DNA of 63,601 nucleotides, counting the filler, from Basidiobolus meristosporus CBS 931.73 (Eukaryota; Fungi; Basidiobolomycota): NCBI GenBank assembly GCA_002104905.1. It is 4 parts of 4 records of this genome, joined end to end, with 100 filler letters (N's around TTAATTAATTAA, not from the genome) between each part and the next. Parts side by side here need not be neighbours in the genome. Positions count along the whole stretch, not along the records: positions 1 to 22,312 come from MCFE01000979.1; 3 more parts are not named here. One strand, written 5' to 3'. Shown one piece after another: positions 10,360 through 19,391 of the stretch. The notes under the pieces are model-generated. The model ran no database searches. It had not been told where the DNA came from and saw nothing but the letters and a program-made list of their open reading frames with translations. The stretch's first letter is position 1. The number at the start of each line of letters is the position of its first letter. A program made the translations under genes and the position numbers.

Positions 10360-12640
10360 TTATTAGAAAAAACTATCATGATCCCATCAAAGGCTATCCC
10401 AATAGTTGATTCCTATGACCAAGAGGTACTGATGCCATAGAGACATGATGCAACAACTATTAGAAAAACAATTACACCCAAGATCATAAAGAGAGCTTAG
10501 TCTAAGTTTCTGATTATTACAGTCCCTAAGTTGCTTTTGATTGGTTCTCTGCTATTTCTCTCACTTGCTAATTCCCAGCACTCAATCATCTCCTACTTTG
10601 TGTGCATTCATTGACTACTGCCTCTTTTTCACTCTCCTCACTGACTCAACCTGCGCATTTACTTTCATGCTTTTAGATTAATAGTTTCCCTTGGATCTTC
10701 AGATGCTACTCAATTGTGGATTATACTGACCTATAAAAGGTTGGTTACCCAATATAAACATAGAGTCCAACTTCACACTCAACTGGGACTTCATTAAAAT
10801 CAACCATTTGATAGGGGTCTCTGCCATTACACCCTTTACCCATGACCTTTGTGGAGACCCTGCAGGCTTATACCATTGTTTGTACACTCTTTCCCATACA
10901 TCATGAGCTTCAGCCAGCATTCCAAGGTCTAGCACTTTATCTGCCAGCCTCTGCAATAAATCCATGCAATATTCAGGTGTGTACTCTTGAGCACTGCACT
11001 TGAAGCAGTGGTGCAGCCTATTGATGTACATATTCATGTTCTAAAATTTCACTGTATATATTACAATAAATCACTGACTTCTTGAGATTCTTGCTTTGTT
11101 TGTTGGAGAGATCTCCACTGCGCATATTATGGACAACATGGGGGTTGTGGTAGACAGATTTTATATTTATGCAAGCCTTTGTAACTCACCGGGGTGTAGA
11201 TCATTTAGCTGCACTACAAACTCTTACAAAAGCAGTTGTAATCTTGTAGGTAAATATCCTTGACTATTGTGGAGTTTGGACCGTACTAGGTTGATGCCAT
11301 TGAGTGGTAAGACCTGCAGCTTTTTTCTCATGATTCTCTGTCTTAGGCCTGGGCAGACTTTCTTTCCTTTCCCTTCCCTTTACCAGCATGCATGACAAGT
11401 TCTTGACTGGTTTATTAACTGACTACTTCTTGGACTATACTTTGTTTGTTCCCTGATAAATGCTGCATCAGTGCATCCATTTCTGCCTATTTCTCCCTTG
11501 TTTATGTTCTTCTACCTACCTGATGCAACTTTGCCACTTGCTGAGAGCTTTTAGCCCTGCTTGCAATGAGTTCTTGAGGATGCTACTGGTACTTAGCCAT
11601 GCCTCCCTTGCTCTTGTGCCATTGATGGTTTCTTCAACTCTTGAGATATCATCTTAGCGCACCTATGCTGGCCCAAAACTCAATTGCTCATTTGAATCCA
11701 GCATAATGCTCATGGAACTGGTTGATCCCATTCTTCTTGGCCTTCACTTCTTAAATGTCACATGGAATACTGCCTTCTTGATAACAACATGCCAAACTTC
11801 TTGCAGTCTCTTAAATATAAGCCCACTTGCTATTATTGTACCCAGTGGCTTTACAGAACGTCAGGGTATACTGATTTTTAGTCTTTGGTATGTAAATCTC
11901 AGTCTCTTCATCCCATGCTGTAATAGGTTTCTTAGTGGGCTTTGTCTTTGGCCACTGTTGCAGTGCTTTAAAGACTGTAAGGTGTACTTCAGCTGCAACA
12001 TTTGGGAAATTTTTGCTTCTGGTCTTTGTCAGAGAGCTTCCTGAGTTCCTTTGTTGCAGCAACAATACTGCCTGAGATGTTGTTTGCTACACATGCATTT
12101 TTGCTCATCATTCCTCTGGAGTGTTAACTGATTTCTCTGGGCCATTGACACTCTCAGATTATTCACTGCACCTAATTGTCTCATTGATGCTTCAGTGTGA
12201 GCTAACAGCATACTTACAGGTACTAGTAATATCTATACCTGATGCCCATTATATTGTCAAATACTAACAATTGAATAAAAATGCTGAGTTACATACACTA
12301 CAAGCAGAATAATACACTATGAAAACAAATTAGAAAAGGCCAGCAGAGTACCATTGCAACAACAGTCTTATCCCAAGTTTCTCTGAACACAAAACTCTCA
12401 AAATGTCAGGCATCAGTTACAGAGGCAAAAAGACATATTTTCCAGGATGAGACTTGGCTATCTAGCATTCATACCAAGCTTGGTAATCAATCACTTGCTA
12501 CTTCAACTTAAGGTTGTAACTAAAATAAGCAGCAACAGCACTGGCCAAATGCCAGCAAAATACTGTCAGAATGCTAGCTGGATACCAGCAAGTTGTTAGA
12601 TGAATTCCATGTTTGAAATTCATCATTGGATATAATAGCA
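10360..12640 (-). mobile_element. Decayed CACTA/EnSpm-like family copy (terminal region plus accessory ORF remnants)
   Basis: Peptide blocks FKCSAQEYTPEYC...LADKVLDL and FPNVAAEVH...KPTKKPITAW recur at about 30.4-32, 50.4-52.9 and 55-57 kb next to transposase remnants; CpG-depleted. Confidence 0.6.
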
Positions 12641-13677
12641 TATATAAACTTGTCTGCAGGGGCAGCCTTGCCCTACAAGACTGCTAAGCTATATCACAAA
12701 TTCAGATGTATGCAGAAGCTTAAGACTACACTGAGGGCTACTTCAACATTCTTTCTTAAAGTAATAAGCATTGCCCCTTCTGAAGGTTTCCCATCTATTT
12801 GTGTCATCAGATAAATACTACTGCAAGGTAGGCTAGTCTCTAAATGTACATGTAATGGGAGCTCTATTTGTTTTGATTACTGAAGTTAGCATTGTTGTTC
12901 AGCAACTAGAAGGAAATAGCTGTAAAGTGTTGAAGGTCAGATAAAAATAAAGCTACTGAAAGGTGACACAGGGATGCTGATCTTGGGTCAGTAAGTCCAC
13001 ATGGGAAAAGTTAGATCAAATGCTCTCAAGAACAAGAAGCAGGACCCCAGTGTTATTGGCTTAATACCTTTTGAAGTAGCAAGTAGCACTGTAAAGCCAA
13101 AACTACAAAGAGTGCATAGAGAGCATTAAAGTACACCTGTAGAATAGCTCTAGAAGTCCAAGCACTGAGTGGTATTGGTAACTAAGATTCCTTTAGAAAA
13201 CAATACAACAGTTGATCTGTCAGAAAATCTATGTGGAGTTTACCCCAGAACTAAAGCTGATAATGAAGTACAACCAGAATTCACCCCACTTCAGGCATTG
13301 AAAGGATGTTTGCTCATTGTGGAGCACTTAGGTCTTGTGATGTAAAATTCATGTAAAAAGACTGACTTAGGATTGGTAACAGCTTCACTCAAGATATAAG
13401 ATATACATTCTTGCAATGTAAGAGTAAGAGCAAGGCCTCCATTACATGTTTATTAAAAGCCAACCAGTATTTCACTGGCCTGATATACCTCCCCTCACCA
13501 GACTTACATTCTATCGCACGTCGTCACAGTCTCTACCCAAGTCCTTAAATCTGTAATGGCACTACTGATTTCTTCGTACATTCCCTGCTCACAGGTACGC
13601 AACAGGCGAGTTTCTTTTTAAGCAGCTTAAAAAAGATATTTTATTATTGTATAAACACGCTGCATCCATCTGAGCTC

Positions 13678-16600
13678 TTATGATGTAACAAAGGAGGCCT
13701 CCAATGCAGAAACGGAGTAGTTGGGATTCTGGACTATATACTCCAGACATCTGGAGAGCATCTCCATATGAATTTGAGCATCTCGTTGTAGCAATATGTT
13801 CTCATCAAATGTGAGCTTCATGTGCAAGCCGTTGGTTGATGGTGAAGCTTCCAAAATAATGGTGAGGTGAATGGATCCACAAATGCGAGCGAAACTGATC
13901 TGCAATGCATCGGTATTCTTTCGTGCTTTGGAACGGAAGTTCTGGAAGGCTACGTACGAGCCGTATATCTTGTGCATTTCACGCTCATCACTAAACAAGT
14001 CAATGATGTCACCAACGTTGGTGTTTTCAAAAGGATAAATGGAGTTTTGCTCTTCCTGTACACGGTGCACAAGCGCAAGAAGTTTTTCTTCCCTGTTCAA
14101 TGCTATGCGCACAGGGAGTACGTTGAAGCATGGGCCCACAATCTCATCAGCTCTATCCAGCTCCATGTTACGGCCGAATACCACGTCACCAAACAGAACC
14201 TCGTTTGACCGCGCGTATAAGCCTACAGCTATAACCCAGGCCGCCTTGAAAAGCGCAGCGCTTGTCAAACCATGCTCTTTGCAGAATGCCTGAATATCGT
14301 AGTCAACTTGGGATTCAATCATCGTGGGCTTCACAAGCGTGGAAACCTCTTGCTTCTGCTGTCTTGGGAGTAGCTGCCTGTTGACTCCTGCAAGTTTCCG
14401 CTCCCAAAACTCTTTGTCAGCCAAGTGGTTGCGTTCCAAGTAGCTCCGCACAAAGTTCCGATAGGGCGGGCGCTCGGGAGCAACTTCCAAATCGTACGTT
14501 TCGATCAAATCATTCATAAGTAGTTGCATTGTCCACCCATCCATAAGGGCGTGATGAATACTCCACAGAAACTGATGATCACCGGAATTCGTAGTGAACA
14601 GTGCAAACCGAAGCATATTCTCGCCCAGCCTAATTCCTTTCTCCTGGTCCTCTAGAAGGTGCTTCTGGATAGCCTTGTCTCTTTCCTCAGCCGAATCGCA
14701 TTCGTAAACCTTAAATAGCGGATGGAAGTTCTCCTTCTTGATGACTATCTGAATGAAGTTGAGATTCTCTACTCCCGCAGCTGAGAGCAGAAACACTGTC
14801 CGCAGCACTGTATTGGCCTCGCATAGCCTAATACAGCTACTTTGGAGTCTTTTGATATCCAAGGGCTGCTTTATGTCGTAGAACATGTGGTGGATTTCGG
14901 CGTTTTTGTCCAGGGTAGTTTCGTACACCACATGGGACTGGAGTGGCACACACGGGTAAATATCTTCGACGTGGGCCCTTTCGATGCCGTTTCCACGAAT
15001 GTCCACCTCCCAGATTCTTTCCATTTGAGCTCTGTCAAGATTTAGCAGACTAAACGGCTCAAAGGGAGCTGAAGAATGGCTCGGACTCTTTGTTGGGACA
15101 CACGCCGTTCCAAGATTGCTCTCAATGTGTTCAGCAAGCATAGCAACGGTGGGGTTCTTGAAGATTGTCAACGAGCTTACTTGAAGTCCTCGTTTATGGC
15201 ACAAAGCGGCCATCTCGATAGTGGAGATAGAGTCCCCACCCAGGGTGAGGAAGGAATGGTGAATCCCAATTTGCTCGACGCCTAGCACCGTTCTCATGAT
15301 ATCGGTAAGCGTCGCTTCGAGTGCAGTTCGTGGCTCCACATAGTTTGAATTGATAGCATTGATGTTCAAGTTAGGTGCAGGTAATGCTTTGTAGTCCACC
15401 TTTCCGTTCTCCGTCAAAGGCACTGCTTCAAGTATGACAAAGGCTGCGGGAATCATGTAATCTGGCAATTTTGTTCTCAAGAACCTCTCAAGCGCGGGTA
15501 TGAATTGTTGCAGCTTTCTGTGAAGTGGGTTACTATGATAGTGTGGGTTCATCTCGGAATAGGTAGGCATCACAAATGGGCTGCATGCGTGATTGCTCGG
15601 CGGTCTCCAGAACACGACATCGTAGACTCCTCCATTTTGGTGCTGAGCCCAGCTAATCTCAGCTTCATATCCAGCATCCTTCGCTAAACGACTCAACTGA
15701 TCAGGAGTAGCTCCACCGAACCGCTCCGGACAAACCTGATCCTGCAATTCACCGTATGTTCTTGTAAGGGGGGCTTCTTCCAACAGCAATTCCAGCTGGA
15801 TTTCATCTGCTAAACGCTGATTTGGAATGTTACTGATTGCAAGATAGCTCACTTCCTCGCCGCATAGTTTCTCCTTTACGAAATCCAAGCCCCCACGGAG
15901 CTTTTCATTCAAGACATCCAAGCTAAGAGAGTGGCGTTGCCAATCCATCCAGTCCAGTGGCTGTATGGCAGCCTGGCTACATTTGATGTGAAGGATGGCT
16001 TGGTAACGATACCTGCTCATCTCGTTGAGGCTACGGCTTCGCTTTGGCATAAATCGCACATGGTGGATATCCTCGATAGACTCCTTCAAGGCATTGAAAT
16101 AGCCTGGGTCTAGCAAAAGCTCTTTGTCCGCTAGCTGTTTCCTGTCTATGTAAGCTCTGAGCTCTTTAACGGAAGAGCTTTCTTTTGCAGCGAATATAGC
16201 CTGCGAGAGATAGTGATATTTGGCCAAAGACATACCCCGTATATCTCCCACAAATATATGACCACCTGGGCTCACCAACGGAGCCACATTGCTCAGAACC
16301 TTGTCGAAGTATTGAGCATTCGGAAAGTGCTGCACCACTGAGTTGATGATCACTGTATCGAACTGGCCGGCGGTGAATCCTTCCAGCTGATGCGCGCCAC
16401 CTTGTTGTAGGACCACTTTTTCCCTCAAGTCAGAGCTTTGCAGATGCTTCCGAACGTATTCTAGAGCAGCGGACGATAGATCCGTACCAACATAAGAATC
16501 GCATTGGGGAGCTATTTGGAACAGTATCATTCCAGTACCACAGCCTATTTCTAAAACCCTCTTTGGACGTAGACATTTGATGCAGTCCAGTGTCTCTTCT

Positions 16601-18900
16601 AGCCACTCACGCATCTCTTCCTTCGGGATTGACTTGCCATCGTAAGTGTTTATCCAGCCTGCAAGATTGAACTCCGGGTCAGATGGCTCTTGATCGATGT
16701 TTCCATACACATGCTCATCACATGCCAATTTGCATTCGCTGATAAGCTCCTCTTGCAAGCCCTCAGCATCATTTCGGACCACGTACCCAACCAACCGTTT
16801 GCCACCCGAATCACTTCCAAAAGTGGTTACAACGCATTCCTCGACGGCTGGGTGCTCCGCTATAGCATTCTGCACTTCCGATAGCTCGATTCGGTGGCCA
16901 CGAATCTTCACCATATCATCCACGCGGCCTAAATACTCGAGGTTACCATCGCATCTTCTTCGGACCAAATCCCCGGTCCGGAACATCCTTTCGTTTTGGA
17001 ATTCAGCGTTCGGATTGATGAGGAATCTCTCTTCAGATGCGTGCAGGTAGCCTCGAGCCAAACCTTCCCCAGCAAGATACAATTCCCCTACAGCGCCTAT
17101 TGGGGCTAGCTTGAGGTTGTGGTTCAGCACGTAAGCCCTGCTGTTGGCAATCGGCTGCCCAATCGGAACCCGGTTCGATACCGCAGTGACCTCGAACCAG
17201 GTTGAGCAGACGGTGACTTCGGTGATACCATACAGGTTCAAGAGCCGTCCACGAGGCTTCAGGTCCAGGAATTTACGAACCAGCTTTGGATTGGCTGCCT
17301 CACCGCCAAACATGACGCACTTTAAAGGGCGCAGTAGCGCAGGCCTATTTATCATGATTTGGTTGAATAAGGCTGTCGGCGCCACCATTGCGGTAATGCC
17401 ATGCTTGACAACTTCTTTTTCCAACAAGGCCAAATCCAGCGTACTTGCACGACTGATGCACACAAGCGTGGCTCCATTCAGCAGAGCCGACCAGATCTCT
17501 AGTGTAGAAGGGTCAAATGAGGTATTGACGATCTGCGCTATTCTGTCGTGAGTGGAGGCTTGGAAATAGGACGCGTTGCACACCAATCGGATCACCGAAT
17601 GCTGTTCTATTAAGACGCCTTTTGGTACACCGGTAGAGCCCGATGTGTACATCATGTAGGCGAGGCTGGCAGGGGTAGCAACCTTGGGGATGTCCCTGCT
17701 GCTTCCCTCCTTCACAATCACTTCCCAATCTTGTTCGACGTAGAGCCGCCTGACCGACGTCAACAGAGGCAGGTTGTCTGAGGGCCTTTCCGCCAACACA
17801 ATAGAGCACCCTGAATCCGTCAGCATGAACTCTATTCGCTCACTTGGATAGCTGGGATCAATGGGTAGATACGCGCCCCCAGCTTTCAGTATGGCTAGAT
17901 ACGAAATAATCAAAAATGGTGATCGTTCCATGCAGACTGCAACTATCATTTCCTGCCGCACCCCTAAGTGAAGCAGGTGTCTCGCCAGTTTGCTGGAGCG
18001 GTCATCAAGCTCTGCATAGGTGAGATATTGATCTCGGAATGCCACCGCCCGGTTTTCGGGGTTTGTTGATGCTTGGTGGGCAAACAAATCGATCATCGTA
18101 CCATTGTCGGGGCCATTAGATGTATCATTCCACGCCAAAAGTTTCTGTCGTTCGTCTTCGTCAATAACGTCGATCTCTTCAACGCATTGACTGGGATTCT
18201 CCACAAAGCTTGCTAGAAGATTGAGGAAGTGCTTAGTCAGCATTTGAATCGAGCGATGCTCGAAGCTGCCTTTTCGGTACCTAATGAACCCATTCAAGGC
18301 TGATTCGGACTGTTGAAAATAAAGCTCGATCGCAAGGCAAGTAGTCTGATTTCCAACAGCTGGTTCCGCTGTGGGTGGGTTGTCACTGAAGCTGAACAAC
18401 AGTTGAACCGAGGGATCTGTTCTTAGCTGTTCAGTCTGCATGGTTGGCGACTCGGCAAGCTGGTCTTTCGCCACAATAGCTAAAAGCTTCCTGACCGTAT
18501 ACTCTCGCGAGATACGCATGTGGTGCACACGTATAGTTTCCGGATTTAGTCCCCGTAATGGTATGGCAATAGAGGCTTCCCCTTGGTTGGCATAAATCTG
18601 AATAAGAGCAAGGAAAGCTGCTAGTAATACAGTAGAGAGAGGGACGTTCTCTTGTAGGCTCAAGCTTTGTAGCTGGCATCTCAACTCTTGAGGAATATAG
18701 AAAGTCGAGCATTCGGCCTCGTTACTCTTGCTCATATTGTCCAGTATGAAGTCGAGAGGAAAGCCACCATTTGATTGATTTTTCATCTTCCTGGACTGGA
18801 TTTTTGTAGAGCGACGTTGGTGCACTGCGTCGGGTACTTCCTGAGGATACTGTTGGCTGTGCTGTTGTCCGCTTTGCTCGATATTTAATAGACCTTGCAT
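13678..18900 (-). CDS. Intronless monomodular NRPS: partial C - A (with embedded N-methyltransferase) - T - terminal C; 1740 aa from ATG 18900
   Basis: A-domain cores LTYAEL, LKAGGAYLPID, YTSGSTGVPKG, FDPS, NLYGITE, GELYLAGEGLARGY, FRTGDL, GRVDDMVKIRGHRIEL, NGKVD; SAM motif VLEIGCGTG between A8 and A9; T-domain LGGDSI; C-domain HHALMDG; no TE or reductase domain. Confidence 0.95.
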   Translation of the reverse strand: MQGLLNIEQSGQQHSQQYPQEVPDAVHQRRSTKIQSRKMKNQSNGGFPLDFILDNMSKSNEAECSTFYIPQELRCQLQSLSLQENVPLSTVLLAAFLALIQIYANQGEASIAIPLRGLNPETIRVHHMRISREYTVRKLLAIVAKDQLAESPTMQTEQLRTDPSVQLLFSFSDNPPTAEPAVGNQTTCLAIELYFQQSESALNGFIRYRKGSFEHRSIQMLTKHFLNLLASFVENPSQCVEEIDVIDEDERQKLLAWNDTSNGPDNGTMIDLFAHQASTNPENRAVAFRDQYLTYAELDDRSSKLARHLLHLGVRQEMIVAVCMERSPFLIISYLAILKAGGAYLPIDPSYPSERIEFMLTDSGCSIVLAERPSDNLPLLTSVRRLYVEQDWEVIVKEGSSRDIPKVATPASLAYMMYTSGSTGVPKGVLIEQHSVIRLVCNASYFQASTHDRIAQIVNTSFDPSTLEIWSALLNGATLVCISRASTLDLALLEKEVVKHGITAMVAPTALFNQIMINRPALLRPLKCVMFGGEAANPKLVRKFLDLKPRGRLLNLYGITEVTVCSTWFEVTAVSNRVPIGQPIANSRAYVLNHNLKLAPIGAVGELYLAGEGLARGYLHASEERFLINPNAEFQNERMFRTGDLVRRRCDGNLEYLGRVDDMVKIRGHRIELSEVQNAIAEHPAVEECVVTTFGSDSGGKRLVGYVVRNDAEGLQEELISECKLACDEHVYGNIDQEPSDPEFNLAGWINTYDGKSIPKEEMREWLEETLDCIKCLRPKRVLEIGCGTGMILFQIAPQCDSYVGTDLSSAALEYVRKHLQSSDLREKVVLQQGGAHQLEGFTAGQFDTVIINSVVQHFPNAQYFDKVLSNVAPLVSPGGHIFVGDIRGMSLAKYHYLSQAIFAAKESSSVKELRAYIDRKQLADKELLLDPGYFNALKESIEDIHHVRFMPKRSRSLNEMSRYRYQAILHIKCSQAAIQPLDWMDWQRHSLSLDVLNEKLRGGLDFVKEKLCGEEVSYLAISNIPNQRLADEIQLELLLEEAPLTRTYGELQDQVCPERFGGATPDQLSRLAKDAGYEAEISWAQHQNGGVYDVVFWRPPSNHACSPFVMPTYSEMNPHYHSNPLHRKLQQFIPALERFLRTKLPDYMIPAAFVILEAVPLTENGKVDYKALPAPNLNINAINSNYVEPRTALEATLTDIMRTVLGVEQIGIHHSFLTLGGDSISTIEMAALCHKRGLQVSSLTIFKNPTVAMLAEHIESNLGTACVPTKSPSHSSAPFEPFSLLNLDRAQMERIWEVDIRGNGIERAHVEDIYPCVPLQSHVVYETTLDKNAEIHHMFYDIKQPLDIKRLQSSCIRLCEANTVLRTVFLLSAAGVENLNFIQIVIKKENFHPLFKVYECDSAEERDKAIQKHLLEDQEKGIRLGENMLRFALFTTNSGDHQFLWSIHHALMDGWTMQLLMNDLIETYDLEVAPERPPYRNFVRSYLERNHLADKEFWERKLAGVNRQLLPRQQKQEVSTLVKPTMIESQVDYDIQAFCKEHGLTSAALFKAAWVIAVGLYARSNEVLFGDVVFGRNMELDRADEIVGPCFNVLPVRIALNREEKLLALVHRVQEEQNSIYPFENTNVGDIIDLFSDEREMHKIYGSYVAFQNFRSKARKNTDALQISFARICGSIHLTIILEASPSTNGLHMKLTFDENILLQRDAQIHMEMLSRCLEYIVQNPNYSVSALEASFVTS

Positions 18901-18931
18901 CAACAGGCTACTGTTGATGATTGGAGGGGCC

Positions 18932-18941
18932 AATATATATA
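18932..18941 (-). promoter_or_regulatory. TATA box candidate for the NRPS
   Basis: TATATATATT on the minus strand starting 41 nt before ATG 18900; similar spacing in the neighbouring genes. Confidence 0.5.
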
Positions 18942-19391
18942 GCCCCTCTGCCCCACCTCACTTCTATGCACTCCATAGCATACTGACCTGTGTTCAAGGA
19001 GGGGCATCCCTGAGTCAAAGGTTTGGGACCTCCTGTCAATGCGGTATTATGACTTCATTATTGGCTGTGCATGTTTGACTAGGACGCTCCATGGCACATA
19101 GCTACTAGGATCAGCTACTATGGATCTCCACACCAATTGGCAATTTCTTGACCATCAAAAGCTTGCTACAGATAGGTAAAAGATCCAACAATGCTTTTAT
19201 TGAAGACTTGGTATTCTCGGTGCGTTTCATTAAGATTAACTGCTGTTTCCAGCCTGGAATTGATTATTCTCGATACGGACATGAACGAATTTCAGATTGG
19301 AACTCATCATTTTCAATAAGGAAGTGAACTGCTTCCAGAGGGGGGTTCAATAATCACAAACAAGTAGAGTGGTGTCGGGATCTTTCTAGGA

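Noticed and set aside
12640-13480. CpG-poor stretch downstream of the NRPS
   Set aside because: It is probably an old repeat, but I could not assign a family or boundaries
13867-18712. Many 60-135 aa ORFs overlapping the NRPS, secreted genes and Ty3 pol
   Set aside because: They are antisense or alternate-frame shadows of longer, motif-bearing ORFs
13678-18933. NRPS as bacterial contamination
   Set aside because: It is on the same ungapped contig as a 12-intron P450 and eukaryotic TEs, and has a TATA box with host-like spacing
18901-18933. ORF-track start of the NRPS at 18933
   Set aside because: This is a TTG codon overlapping the TATA candidate; ATG 18900 (or 18786) is more plausible in a eukaryote
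18934-19391. P450-NRPS fusion or a missing upstream NRPS exon
   Set aside because: The P450 has a normal C-terminus and stop; I found no C-domain remnant (HHxxxDG half) or convincing exon in the intergenic region
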